In this document: piece by piece, positions 9,321 through 19,433 of the stretch | Position numbering within the stretch: the first letter of the stretch is position 1 | How the letters are laid out: each line of letters starts with the position of its first letter | DNA from: a virus | Direction: 5' to 3' (one strand) | IMG/VR virus record: IMGVR_UViG_3300045581_000900 | Span: 1 to 64,000 of that record | DNA length: 64,000 nt | Made by a program: the position numbers and the translations under genes | The notes under the pieces: model-generated | Database searches by the model: none | The model's input: only the letters and a program-made list of their open reading frames with translations | What the model was told of the DNA's origin: nothing

Positions 9321-11498
9321 CTATACGTCGCTACGCACGATACCTGCAATTCGAAGGACGCCGACGTCGTTGTCGTACGCGTTGTCGTCTCGACGCTCGA
9401 TCGTCACCAACACGGTGTCGCCGGCCTGTACGCTGAACTCTTCGCTGTCGCACTCAACAACGACATCTCGCTGGAGTGACACCGACGACTCCGAGAAGTC
9501 GAGGTCGGTGTCTACCGTTGGAAGCTGCAGGCTGTTGTTATAGGGCCGCGGCAGGCGTCGATACGACATGTACAGTGTCGGCAGTTGCGACGGCGTGATA
9601 ACGTTGCCGCCGCGTCCGAACAGTCGGACCCGCACCTTCATTTTTAGGTTCTGGTCGGTGTTTACTTCCGGGATATTCAACCGCACCCGGAGCAGCGAGT
9701 TCTGGCCCGCCGGGAAACCCAGATACGGGATGTCCATGTACAGTCGCTCAACAGTGTCGCTAAGGCGGATGACCTGCGGAGAAATCTCGCGTTCAATCAG
9801 TTCGTCTGTATAGTCGATGCGGAGCAGGCCCTGATGCACAGGCACAGCGTCGTTTGTTGTGATACTTAAAGCTGTCTTTTCGGCCGCGGTCAGATAGCGG
9901 CCCGAGATAACTTTAAACGTGCCCGTGCCGGCGTCTGTTGTTGCCAGTGGTGTACCTTTTGCCGTAGTCGACAGCTTGAACGAGCTTTGCGTTAAATCTG
10001 TGTCGAGCACAAAGTATTCGGTATTCGCCAGCACGCCAGTTGGCAGGGTGCTGCTGGCGTCAGTCGTAAGCCTGACCTTTGTGCCGGCCGTAAAGCCGTG
10101 ATTAACTGTTGTAAAAATCGCCTCTTCAGCCACGGAGATCGTGACGGCTTTCGGCGTATGTCGACTGCCGGTCACGCTCAGATACGACGGAGTCGTTGTA
10201 ACGACGCCTTCGGTAACCCAACCGCGGGCCAGTTGATGGCGGTTCGCAACGCCCTTCACAGCCTGCCCGCCAATCGCCTCTGTCTTAGCGAACTGCAGGT
10301 CGACGTTGAGCTTGAGGTCACCCGTGGAGGCCGGCAAGTCGTCGCAGTTTGTGATTGCCACCGGGGCGACGATAGTCTCGCCATCGACCTCGTCCACGTC
10401 TTGCACGAGGCTGGTGACGACGCTGCGATCATTGCCGATAAGCATACGAAGGTAGATCACCACGATTCGCATGACTTCGTTACGCGGGCATTCGTTGCCA
10501 ATTAGCTGCCCCGGGTTATACGACGGCGACCAATTGTCCGGCCAAGGTACGTCCCGCCGGCAATCGCTCATCCACCAAATGCCATTAACATCTGCAATTG
10601 CGGCACCGCCAGCCCCAAGCGGTATTTCGCACGCCCCGAGTCGGCCCTTACCTCTGTCTCGAATCATCGCCACAGACTGGATCGGGATCGGCGGCCAGAC
10701 ACGATTGATCGCGTTATGCTTCTTCAGGTTGTAGCCAAAGACGGCACCCGGCGGAGCGTAGTTTGTGGCCGGGTCGTTCGGGTCACGGCGGAAGGTTGGA
10801 TGATCGGCCGGCAACCAGCCCTGTAATTCAGGATTAGGGTTGTCTATTCTGTGGCGTTGTTTACCGTCGTCATCCGTGTAAATAGTGTTTGTTCCGCAGG
10901 GTTTTGCGAACAACTCAAAGCGGTAGTGCGTGTGCTCTTCGATATAATCTCGTGTCTGCGGCATTACGAGCACGCGGAGCTTGTCGGAGCAGTTGTCACG
11001 CGGGCCTTGCACGTGGCAGACCACGACGGTCACGGGCGGCTTCTGCTTGGAGAGCTTGCCCGGCTCAACAGCCGATAGGTAATACTTGCCGGGGACAACC
11101 GTCTCGCCAATCGAGTTGGTCAGGTCGTTAAAAACAACTAAACCGCGAAGTACGATGTCTGCCCGGTCTTCTGCCTTTTTGCGGTAGCACATACCGACGC
11201 AGTCGCTGGACGGCTGGACGGTGAAGACCTGCGTGACCGGGTCCTGCTCCACGGCGACGAGAGCTTTCTCGTACCTATTGTTGGCCCAGTTCCAGTACAC
11301 CGGATGCCCGGGCAGTACGTCAGGAGAAACCGTGGCGTCGCCCTCGAAGATAGCCCGGCCGAGTTCCGCCGCGTCGAGGCGTTCTTTCAGATACTCGGTC
11401 CGCTCTTCGAGTGTGCGGTCCGGGCGGCCGACGATCCCAGCCTGTACGGGTTCGCCGGGCGTGACGTGCTTGATATTGTGGGGCCAGTTAGCGGACAT
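9321..11498 (-). CDS. Putative tail fibre / baseplate-attached protein
   Basis: 725 aa downstream of the baseplate wedge genes. Contains the NHGFTAGTKV...LPTG...YFV...FKLS beta module common in phage structural proteins. Confidence 0.55.
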   Translation of the reverse strand: MSANWPHNIKHVTPGEPVQAGIVGRPDRTLEERTEYLKERLDAAELGRAIFEGDATVSPDVLPGHPVYWNWANNRYEKALVAVEQDPVTQVFTVQPSSDCVGMCYRKKAEDRADIVLRGLVVFNDLTNSIGETVVPGKYYLSAVEPGKLSKQKPPVTVVVCHVQGPRDNCSDKLRVLVMPQTRDYIEEHTHYRFELFAKPCGTNTIYTDDDGKQRHRIDNPNPELQGWLPADHPTFRRDPNDPATNYAPPGAVFGYNLKKHNAINRVWPPIPIQSVAMIRDRGKGRLGACEIPLGAGGAAIADVNGIWWMSDCRRDVPWPDNWSPSYNPGQLIGNECPRNEVMRIVVIYLRMLIGNDRSVVTSLVQDVDEVDGETIVAPVAITNCDDLPASTGDLKLNVDLQFAKTEAIGGQAVKGVANRHQLARGWVTEGVVTTTPSYLSVTGSRHTPKAVTISVAEEAIFTTVNHGFTAGTKVRLTTDASSTLPTGVLANTEYFVLDTDLTQSSFKLSTTAKGTPLATTDAGTGTFKVISGRYLTAAEKTALSITTNDAVPVHQGLLRIDYTDELIEREISPQVIRLSDTVERLYMDIPYLGFPAGQNSLLRVRLNIPEVNTDQNLKMKVRVRLFGRGGNVITPSQLPTLYMSYRRLPRPYNNSLQLPTVDTDLDFSESSVSLQRDVVVECDSEEFSVQAGDTVLVTIERRDDNAYDNDVGVLRIAGIVRSDV

Positions 11499-11506
11499 CC
11501 TTGTCC
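11493..11506 (-). promoter_or_regulatory. CsrA/RsmA-type hairpin over start codon
   Basis: GGAC-AAGGAT-GTCC: 4 bp stem with ANGGAN loop; contains the ATG at 11498. Confidence 0.6.
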
Positions 11507-11518
11507 TCCGGCTGTTAT

Positions 11519-12154
11519 TTACTCAAACGCAATGTCCCACGTGAGGCCGATTTGCGAAGAAGCTTCTTTGGTGACCTGATTCGACGGAATAAACATTGTG
11601 CGGGCGAAGATGACGTCCTTCGTGCGGTCGCTGTACAGCGGTGCCGCCACGAGGGCCGCGGCGTATACCTTGCTGGTGCCGCCTTCAGCGTTGTGGCTGA
11701 ACGTCTTGCCGTGTACGCCCTGCGTGCCGACAGTCTGCACAAAGAACGTCAGCTTATTAAGCTGCTGCTCGACGGGCAGGTTTGCTTCATACCCGGCAGA
11801 CACCGAACCCGCTGGCTCGATAATCAGCGGGATGCGGAGGAAGTCGCGGTTGGGGGAGTCGACAAGGGCGTTGTAATAGTTGATTCCAACGTCGCGGGAA
11901 AACGGAGCGACCGAGATTTCATCTTCAGGGTCGGTCTGGTTCTCGAACTCGATATAGACCGCGGAAATGTTGTAGTTGTACCTCTCGGGGTTTGGGCGGT
12001 AGCCGATCTGCTTGGCGGCGATAAACCCCCACGAATACTGAATCTGGTTCTTTTGCGAGCCGGCCGGGATTTTTAGCCCGGTGGTTTCGTCAACCTGCCA
12101 CAGCGAGATGTGCCCGCGGACGCCATTTCCCACGCGAATCGTGTCGTCTGTCAT
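11519..12154 (-). CDS. Putative baseplate/tail-fibre attachment protein
   Basis: 211 aa; position after the wedge genes; C-terminal IFAR...K...IGLTWDIAF pattern. Confidence 0.5.
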   Translation of the reverse strand: MTDDTIRVGNGVRGHISLWQVDETTGLKIPAGSQKNQIQYSWGFIAAKQIGYRPNPERYNYNISAVYIEFENQTDPEDEISVAPFSRDVGINYYNALVDSPNRDFLRIPLIIEPAGSVSAGYEANLPVEQQLNKLTFFVQTVGTQGVHGKTFSHNAEGGTSKVYAAALVAAPLYSDRTKDVIFARTMFIPSNQVTKEASSQIGLTWDIAFE

Positions 12155-12161
12155 GCGTTCC

Positions 12162-14030
12162 TCACTGGCACGTGCCCGATATGCGGTTAATTAGGACACC
12201 AAGGTCCTTTACGTAGGTCTCGTCCACGGTGTCGAGTTGCGGCTCAATTCCTGTAAACGTAATTAGCGTGTCCGGGACATACTCGGTCGCGTTGATTTTG
12301 TCAGATTTCAGCGTTAATTCAAAGACTACAATCATCGCGGTCTGGGGCGGGAGAACCTGCCGCAGGTGTCGTATATTGTACAGCCCCAGCCGATTTTGTC
12401 CCAACGCGGACATGTTAATCCTAACGACAAAAACGTTATTTCGCAGCACGTTTTCTACGAGGAAACGCAGGGGGTTTATTTCTTTCGGCAGGTTATCGGC
12501 GGTCGGTTCGCCTTCGGGTTGTTTACGCTTGTCAAGCAGGTGGGCCAGTGTCCCTAGCTTTTTAAACGGCGGCACCTGCGTAATCTGCACGTACCGAGAC
12601 GCTTCGAGTTCGTTAGCCGCCGCAACCCAGTCGTAATACCGATTATCGTCCAGCGTCTTGTAGATTTTGCCGACAATACCCTTTTCGGGCAGGTCGGCAA
12701 ATGAGCGGTATTCGTTAGGGTTTAAAAAACAGGCGATGCGGTTGGTCTCTGCGGACTCGATCCCGCGGGCGTGTACTTCCTGAAAGAATCGCTCCACGTC
12801 GGCCGGGAAGCCGCCCAATTCAAAGCTGACAAACGTGTAGCCGGTCGGGTGATTTTCGTTGACCAGCAGCGGGACGACTTTGTTCTCAAACACGAGGTCG
12901 CCGTAGAAGCATGTCGATAAAAAGCTGTTGTCGAGGGCCAGTGCCGCAAGGTCTTTTTTCGGCGGGCAGGTGGACTCAATAGAAACGAGAAGTTCGTCGT
13001 CATTCTCAGCGGCGATCGTCTCGTAAATATTCGTGGCCAGCAACTTGGTGGTTTCGGGCCGGTCTACGGGGTCTTCGTTTTCCCGCAGGTACGTGTTGCC
13101 GACAAAAAACTCGTTTACTTCAAAGCCGCGGACGAGGTAATCGCCGGCCCGCACAGTCTGCCCGATAACGACGACGGGAATCGCGTCTTCGTGAAACTTA
13201 TAAACGTTTTTGTCTGTAACGATCAGCAGGCCGGCGGCGTCGTATTCAACAACTTCAACAACCTCTTGCGACTCCATGACGAGTGGAATACCGCAGATAG
13301 CCGAGATCGCTGCGTCGAGGTTCTTGGCTGACAAGCCGCCGTCAATGAGCCCGCTAAAGATCGCGTTTGTCAGGTCTTTGTAGTTCTGGCTCGTTTGCAG
13401 CTTAATGCCCAGAGCGTAAGCAAACTGGGTAAATACGTATTCGTAGTCGAATTTGCCGCAGAACGCCCACAGTGTCAGTTCTTCGTCTTGCGTGCCGTCG
13501 GCGTTTGTGATCGCTCGCTTGAGCACGCCCGGATTGTCGAATGGGTTTGCAACGAATACGAGTGCGTTCCGAGCCCGGTCAACCGTGAAGTCAATGTCGG
13601 CGGCAAATGACACCGTCGGGAATGTCAGTTTATTAAACAGATTCTCGGCCCCGACAAACTGGGTCGGCAATGGAAAAGAAAAAAGCTCGTTTTCGACTGC
13701 TGTGTCAAACAGCAGGTCGCCATCGAATTTGCCTTTATCGCGGTCGAAAGCCACCGTATTTGTTAACGCCGTATTCAGTTCGCTTTTGCGGAGCACCACT
13801 GGGTACAGCAGTTCTTCGTGGAACAGCGGCACGTCATAACGGCTCAGAGCCGCGACGGCCTCTAGCAGGTTGCGGTGGCTTTGGGCTACGGTGTACGCTG
13901 TGGCGTCGACGTGTGAATGAATCTGGTCGATACCTGTGTACGTGCGGGCCCAGAAGCTCCCCAGCAAAGAAATAAGAACTTTGCTGCGGTCTAGGTCCGA
14001 GCCCGGATATGTGTACTCGTTTTTCTTCAT
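12162..14030 (-). CDS. Putative baseplate wedge protein
   Basis: 622 aa directly after the baseplate J-like gene; LGSFW N-terminus, LRQVLPPQT near the C-terminus. Confidence 0.55.
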   Translation of the reverse strand: MKKNEYTYPGSDLDRSKVLISLLGSFWARTYTGIDQIHSHVDATAYTVAQSHRNLLEAVAALSRYDVPLFHEELLYPVVLRKSELNTALTNTVAFDRDKGKFDGDLLFDTAVENELFSFPLPTQFVGAENLFNKLTFPTVSFAADIDFTVDRARNALVFVANPFDNPGVLKRAITNADGTQDEELTLWAFCGKFDYEYVFTQFAYALGIKLQTSQNYKDLTNAIFSGLIDGGLSAKNLDAAISAICGIPLVMESQEVVEVVEYDAAGLLIVTDKNVYKFHEDAIPVVVIGQTVRAGDYLVRGFEVNEFFVGNTYLRENEDPVDRPETTKLLATNIYETIAAENDDELLVSIESTCPPKKDLAALALDNSFLSTCFYGDLVFENKVVPLLVNENHPTGYTFVSFELGGFPADVERFFQEVHARGIESAETNRIACFLNPNEYRSFADLPEKGIVGKIYKTLDDNRYYDWVAAANELEASRYVQITQVPPFKKLGTLAHLLDKRKQPEGEPTADNLPKEINPLRFLVENVLRNNVFVVRINMSALGQNRLGLYNIRHLRQVLPPQTAMIVVFELTLKSDKINATEYVPDTLITFTGIEPQLDTVDETYVKDLGVLINRISGTCQ

Positions 14031-14036
14031 ACCGGG

Positions 14037-15686
14037 TTAGACCGTAAAGCCTGCGGCTCCATACGAGATTGAAACGTCGTCTACGCCGACCAGAAATGCG
14101 GTTGTGCGGCCTGTCACAAGCCGTGTCGCGTCGTTCGGGATGGTCAGGAGCGTGCCGTCGCGGAGGTAGGCGTACGTGCCGTCGGGGCGGCGGATTTTAC
14201 CGAACATGTCGATGTGTCCGATTGCTTGCCGGCCGGTTAAAAACTTGTGAGCCGCGTTGGCGATGACAGACGAATGAAGCTGGCCGGCAAAACCGACTTG
14301 GCTGATGGCGGCTACCACGGCGGTCTTCATTTGCAGCAAGGTCGCCTCACTCAGCACTTCGTTGGTCTCCGTTCGTACCTCGAACGAGATTTTCGTGAAG
14401 CACGGCACGGCGGCCTTGACCAGCAGGTCTGTCGCCCGCGGCCTATTGTCGCGTGATGTCAGTGTGTCGTGGATGTCGCCAATCAGCGGCATGCCTCTGG
14501 TCGTGACAGCGTATAGGGCCTTGCTTTGGTTTAGCGTCAGGCCGGACGACAGCTTGTCGTTGTCCTCAAAGCGGATAATCGCCGTTTGGTAGCGGCTGTA
14601 TACGCCCTCGTGAATATGCACGACGTCTGGGGCGTAAGAAATCTGCGTCAAGTCTACGCCGCGGATATCCTGCACGACCGGGTAGCCGCTGCTGGTGCGG
14701 TCCGTAATCTGCGAGACACGGGTCACGTCATAAAAGCCCGGGGCAGCGTTCCGCGGAATGGCCACTTGCCAGATCGTACCGCGTTCGCCGACGCCGACGT
14801 ACGTCGCTTCTAAGATGTGCTCGACTTCTTGTGCGTACGCTGCGGTCTGTAAGTAAATGTCAACCTTGCCGCCCCCTGACACAGGAAAAATGCTGTGCTG
14901 GTCGCGTTGCTGCTCAACATCGCCGCAGCCGAGCACTGAGCAGTGCAGCAGGTTCTTGAATGCGGCGTAGTTACGAATAAACGCTTCGTAGCTTTTGCGG
15001 CTGCCGATAGTTTTTGCCGTAAGCCCGGAGCTAAGTTCTTTTAAGTATTCTTCGTTGGTCAACGGGTCTGTGCCGTCGACAAAGTCGCTGGTGGCGAACG
15101 CGTCGGCGACGTTGCCGGGGAGCGACGTGGCAAGAAATTTTGTGCCGCGGCGGATGTTGCCGGCACGGCCCGGGTTCACGGCCACGAAAGGCACCGACGC
15201 GGCAAACGTGCCGTCGCCGACTTCGATCATCACTCGCTGGTTTTCGTTAGCCGCGACACTGCCGGGCGGGAGAATAGAAAACGTGGCCGGCGGACGAAAC
15301 GCCCGCTCATTTGCGACAAAAGAAACGTCCGCGGGAATTTGAGTCGGCGTGGGCGACAAAAAGACGAATGTTGCCGCTCCTGTCGCCCGCGTGCCGGCAC
15401 TACGTGTGACATTAAAATTAGCTAGTACTTGGTCGACAAGGGCGTCTTCCGCCAGAGCCGGATTTTGCGTGATCTTCAGCAGGCTGTTACTTTGAAGCAC
15501 GCGGTCGATGTTTTCTCGTACAGCCGCGTTTAAGACTGCGTTAAAATACAGTACCAAGTCGTGGAATACGCCGCGGCTGAGTTCGACCTCTGGGTGCCGT
15601 TCCTGCATCAATTGCGACAAAATCGCCGACATTGCGGCTACGCGGTCGGGCGGCAGTTCTCGCAGCGTGGTTATTTCTAGTGGCAT
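14037..15686 (-). CDS. Baseplate J-like wedge protein
   Basis: 549 aa; NFNVTRSAGTRATG, AVNPGRAGNI, GTDPLTNEEY and GGKVDIY match baseplate J patterns. Confidence 0.8.
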   Translation of the reverse strand: MPLEITTLRELPPDRVAAMSAILSQLMQERHPEVELSRGVFHDLVLYFNAVLNAAVRENIDRVLQSNSLLKITQNPALAEDALVDQVLANFNVTRSAGTRATGAATFVFLSPTPTQIPADVSFVANERAFRPPATFSILPPGSVAANENQRVMIEVGDGTFAASVPFVAVNPGRAGNIRRGTKFLATSLPGNVADAFATSDFVDGTDPLTNEEYLKELSSGLTAKTIGSRKSYEAFIRNYAAFKNLLHCSVLGCGDVEQQRDQHSIFPVSGGGKVDIYLQTAAYAQEVEHILEATYVGVGERGTIWQVAIPRNAAPGFYDVTRVSQITDRTSSGYPVVQDIRGVDLTQISYAPDVVHIHEGVYSRYQTAIIRFEDNDKLSSGLTLNQSKALYAVTTRGMPLIGDIHDTLTSRDNRPRATDLLVKAAVPCFTKISFEVRTETNEVLSEATLLQMKTAVVAAISQVGFAGQLHSSVIANAAHKFLTGRQAIGHIDMFGKIRRPDGTYAYLRDGTLLTIPNDATRLVTGRTTAFLVGVDDVSISYGAAGFTV

Positions 15687-15687
15687 T

Positions 15688-16209
15688 TCAGTTTCTCGGC
15701 ACGATTTCTATTGGCAGGATAATCTCCCGGGAGTCGCCGGCACGACTTATGATTTTAACACCTAGGCTAAGAAACGCCGCGGTTGTTCCGCTCGCCTGAG
15801 ATACATCAAACCCGGGTAAAATAGCCACGTTTAAAAGCTCGGCGTCGGAGAACCGTTCGTCCTCTGGGGTTGTGCTCGTTTCGTCCGCCTGTAAGTTTCG
15901 CCGGATCATGATATTGGCGGCCGCGAACTGAGCCCGAACGTTAATCGGTACACGAAATTGGCCGGTTCTGGCGGCTCGCATAAAATTCGTGCCGCGGTTG
16001 GGTAGCCCCGGCATCGAGCCACGCTCGGTCATAAATTCCAGCAGCCACCGCTGAGCGAGTTTCTGGATGCCCGTCGTGATTGCCCCAGACGTCGTTTTAT
16101 TAAACAGTTCCAGCCCGAGCTTTCTGTCGCGGCGACCGACGGTAACCGCAGTCGTATTCTGCAGGGCAAGGTAGTCGTATTTTCTGTTGACGTAGTCCGC
16201 CAGTGCCAT
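15688..16209 (-). CDS. Baseplate wedge / sheath initiator, gp25-like
   Basis: 173 aa; TGIQKLAQRWLLEFMTERGS...RGT; immediately upstream of the J-like gene. Confidence 0.65.
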   Translation of the reverse strand: MALADYVNRKYDYLALQNTTAVTVGRRDRKLGLELFNKTTSGAITTGIQKLAQRWLLEFMTERGSMPGLPNRGTNFMRAARTGQFRVPINVRAQFAAANIMIRRNLQADETSTTPEDERFSDAELLNVAILPGFDVSQASGTTAAFLSLGVKIISRAGDSREIILPIEIVPRN

Positions 16210-16214
16210 GTTAG

Positions 16215-16679
16215 TTACTCCCGCTTAGCCCCGAAATCAATTGCGGACTGGCAGCCGTCTTTGAGAAACGAAAAGATGCCTTTTTGCTGTTTGCCGTGGC
16301 CGTCGAGCCGGCCGTGTGCCAGCGACGCACAGCGAATCATGCTGGCATGCCGTGTTCTAAACGCCCGCTCCTCGACAGCCATAAAGTCGATTTGCCACTT
16401 GGTCGCCATGGCGTCGCCAAATGAGCCCGCCCCGTCGCCCGCATTTCCGACAATGTCATCCGAGTATGTCCTGTTTAAATTGTTTCGTTCCCATGTCGGG
16501 TTATGCAGGGACGGTACGTCGAGTGGGTCTTTAACAGCGTCTGGCGTGTGCCACTTCCGGTACTTTGTGTGATTGCGGAAATGTGCAGAAAAATCCTTGG
16601 CCTTTTTTTCAAGGTCATTAATCCGCTCTTCGAACATCGGGTCTATTTGTGCTTTTGGCCCGCCTTTTGGATGCCCCAT
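16215..16679 (-). CDS. Hypothetical protein
   Basis: 154 aa; AAGGTGA RBS; fills the operon. Confidence 0.65.
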   Translation of the reverse strand: MGHPKGGPKAQIDPMFEERINDLEKKAKDFSAHFRNHTKYRKWHTPDAVKDPLDVPSLHNPTWERNNLNRTYSDDIVGNAGDGAGSFGDAMATKWQIDFMAVEERAFRTRHASMIRCASLAHGRLDGHGKQQKGIFSFLKDGCQSAIDFGAKRE

Positions 16680-16687
16680 GATTCACC

Positions 16688-17497
16688 TTAAAAGTTGTGC
16701 TGATATCTGGCGTCGAGCATAGTTTGAATTTTTGCGGCACGTTGGCTGACCGCCCCCGGGCTGATGTTTAATCGACGGGCTATGTCCTGCGTCGACGCTT
16801 TTCGGCGACCATTACGACCTAGCGTCAAGTCCATAATCAGCTTATCAGTCGGCGACAGATCGCCGTAAACGAAGTCGAGCCACGCGTCGGTATTTTTTGT
16901 GTAATTTGGCAGTGTGCTTGCCAGATCAGTATTCGCGGCGTCTTCGCTGTCGCCGGCCCGCAGTGCTGTCATACCCTCTGCGATAGGCTGGTTGAAGCCG
17001 CGAATCTTTTTAATGCGGCGGGTCGACAGTCCCGTGGCGTCGGCGATCTCGTCATCAGTCGGGTCGCGGCTGAGTGCGTCTCGTAGTTCGTTCTCGGCGG
17101 CCGACAGTCGCTGAAAATCGAGCCCCACCTGCTCGGGCAAGGAAATGATGTTTTGCTCTTTTGCCGCGAGTCGCCGCAGACTCTGCAATTGCGACAGCAA
17201 ATGTGTTTTTACATTTCCACGCTGCGGGTCGTAAGTCTGCAACGCTTTCAGGGCCATCAATTTAGCCTTGTTTTTAATTGTCGGGCTGGCGTTGGCTCCG
17301 GCATAGCTGCTGACGGCGGTGTCGACGATGGGCTGTATTGTCCCAATTAGCTGCGTGTTCAATTCGGGTGTCTGTTGTTTTTGCCACTGCGGGTAAATAG
17401 CGTCAAAATCAGGCGACGCCCCGTAAGTCGTCTGCCCGGAAAAGGGCGGTTTTACGTCGCCTAGAATTGACGGCATGCCGTTGTTATTTTTTGCCAT
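16688..17497 (-). CDS. Sigma-70 family RNA polymerase sigma factor (alternative, FliA/SigD/SigB-like size)
   Basis: 269 aa; region 2 ALKALQTYDPQRG, region 3 LSRDPTDDEIADATGLS, region 4 HTH LSPTDKLIMDLTLG...STQDIARRLNISPGAVSQ. Confidence 0.85.
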   Translation of the reverse strand: MAKNNNGMPSILGDVKPPFSGQTTYGASPDFDAIYPQWQKQQTPELNTQLIGTIQPIVDTAVSSYAGANASPTIKNKAKLMALKALQTYDPQRGNVKTHLLSQLQSLRRLAAKEQNIISLPEQVGLDFQRLSAAENELRDALSRDPTDDEIADATGLSTRRIKKIRGFNQPIAEGMTALRAGDSEDAANTDLASTLPNYTKNTDAWLDFVYGDLSPTDKLIMDLTLGRNGRRKASTQDIARRLNISPGAVSQRAAKIQTMLDARYQHNF

Positions 17498-17504
17498 AAG
17501 TCAC

Positions 17505-19433
17505 CTACGCTATTCCGCCAAAGTTTCCGGGATTAAACGCTGGAGCACCGGCGTCGGTCGGTGCGTCTGCCGCACCCAAGTCCCCTGCCATCGGCACCAG
17601 CGGTCCGCCCTTCCACGGCGAGCCGGGAAGTTCGTATTTATAGATCGGAGCGTATTCGCCTACATAATGTTTTTTACTTGTCGGATCGTTTACGTCGTTT
17701 TCTTTTTCTGTACGTAAATGACTCAACGCGAAAGAAGTACCTGCCGTGTGTTGTTCGGCGTTAATAGCAAACGACACCTGCACGACCGCCCCGTACATTG
17801 GCGGCCCTTCCGTGTTACCTATCCGTTCAACCGGCGGTAAAATTTTAATAATGCTGCCGGGGGCGATATCGAACCGGAGCTTTCCCGACAGTTCTCCGTA
17901 TCTCTGCCCGAGCGTCGCGGACTTGTACCAGTGACAAGCAAATCGGTCGTACACGTTTAAGTACTCGCCGTCGACGAAGTCGACTGTCTCGCGGTAGTGT
18001 GCTTCGACCTTACTGTGCGACTGCGGAGCCTCTGGGTTTTTTTCGCTGCCTTTTTGCGGGTCGAGCGGGCTGCGGCCTTCCGTGTTTATATGGTTTTCTC
18101 TTGGATACATTTGCGTGTAAACAGGGCTGGCCAACCATGCCGGCGGGTCGCGAACAAGGATGTTGCCCCAGTGGTCGTTGTAGTCGCCTTCTTTTTTGGG
18201 GTACTGGCCGGCGGGATAACAAAACCCGTGTTCCGGCGTCAATTTACCGCCGACCACAGCCCCGGAAGAATCACCTTGCGGCGACCAATAGATAACGATT
18301 GAACTAATCATATTGGCACAATTCGCATTAAAATTTGCGTAATTGTATTCGTCGCCGTGAATGGTGACGTGTGGCGTGCTTAAGCCCGGGAAGAACGGAA
18401 CGGCCTGTGCGTACTCAACGCTGGGCGAAATCGCAAACAGGAAGGAGGGTGCGAGGTCGCCAATTAGCTTACTCCAAATCGAGTTATAGCCCATGCCGTC
18501 AAGAATCATGCGGCACAGGCCTTCATGAGCCGAGAGGCTTAAATAAAGAAACGGGTCGCCACCCTCGAAGCCGGAAAGATTTAATGGCAGTTTGGCTTTA
18601 TATTTTGCGGGAGCTTTACCGGGTATACGCTCTAACGCTTTCCACGCAGCCCGGTTGTTGTAGCCGGGTTTTCCGAGTTCGTCCGCTGAAAGCCCGTCGC
18701 TACTTGGGCCGGTGTCAGTGCCGTTATCTGGCGGCGGCTGCTGGCATTGCACCGCGGGATGGGGCATGTTTGTGATACCCCTGAAAATCTTTTTGATCAC
18801 CTCTTCCCACAGGTCTTTTTCCATGTTGGCTTGCGTAACAATTACACCGCCATCAGGTGAGTCAGGGGCTTTGTTGTCAATCATCGGAACAGCCCGAGCA
18901 CCGGACGGCGATCGACCCGCCCCGCCGCCGTCGCCGCCGGTTAAGTCAGCAATAACGAGCGACGATGCAACCTGTGCCAGATCATGCGGCACGTTCTGCG
19001 ACCAGTCGCCGTTGAGCATCGACGAGCAGTTGAGGTCGTCGAGCCAGTGCACAAGATGGATCGTGTACGAGCAGTTGTTGTGAGCCCGCTGATAGCCGAT
19101 GCCAGCGTAGTAGCCGTCAAATACGATGTACTTGCCGTCCTTCATGCCGTTGATGATCGGGGCGTCCATGCGGCCCTCGGTCGATTTAATCGTCAGAAAA
19201 ACTGTGCAGCGGTCGCGGGGCTGCAGCTTGTCGATCATATCGTGGATCGTAGCCCGTTTTTCTGTCCGCACCTCGATACCGGTCGCAACGTCCAGCGTGC
19301 ATGTTGGGATAGCATTCAGGGCGAACGTGGCCGACATAGCCACGATGTCTTTAAACTCTGTTTCACCGCCCTTCCGGTGCTTGAACTTGGCGGTCAGTTC
19401 AAATTCTGTGCGAATAAAAGGCTCGTTAGACAT
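17505..19433 (-). CDS. Putative baseplate hub protein (gp27/gpD-like)
   Basis: 642 aa; position between tape measure and wedge genes; C-terminal GKLRFDIAPGSII...GAVVQVSFAI pattern. Confidence 0.55.
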   Translation of the reverse strand: MSNEPFIRTEFELTAKFKHRKGGETEFKDIVAMSATFALNAIPTCTLDVATGIEVRTEKRATIHDMIDKLQPRDRCTVFLTIKSTEGRMDAPIINGMKDGKYIVFDGYYAGIGYQRAHNNCSYTIHLVHWLDDLNCSSMLNGDWSQNVPHDLAQVASSLVIADLTGGDGGGAGRSPSGARAVPMIDNKAPDSPDGGVIVTQANMEKDLWEEVIKKIFRGITNMPHPAVQCQQPPPDNGTDTGPSSDGLSADELGKPGYNNRAAWKALERIPGKAPAKYKAKLPLNLSGFEGGDPFLYLSLSAHEGLCRMILDGMGYNSIWSKLIGDLAPSFLFAISPSVEYAQAVPFFPGLSTPHVTIHGDEYNYANFNANCANMISSIVIYWSPQGDSSGAVVGGKLTPEHGFCYPAGQYPKKEGDYNDHWGNILVRDPPAWLASPVYTQMYPRENHINTEGRSPLDPQKGSEKNPEAPQSHSKVEAHYRETVDFVDGEYLNVYDRFACHWYKSATLGQRYGELSGKLRFDIAPGSIIKILPPVERIGNTEGPPMYGAVVQVSFAINAEQHTAGTSFALSHLRTEKENDVNDPTSKKHYVGEYAPIYKYELPGSPWKGGPLVPMAGDLGAADAPTDAGAPAFNPGNFGGIA

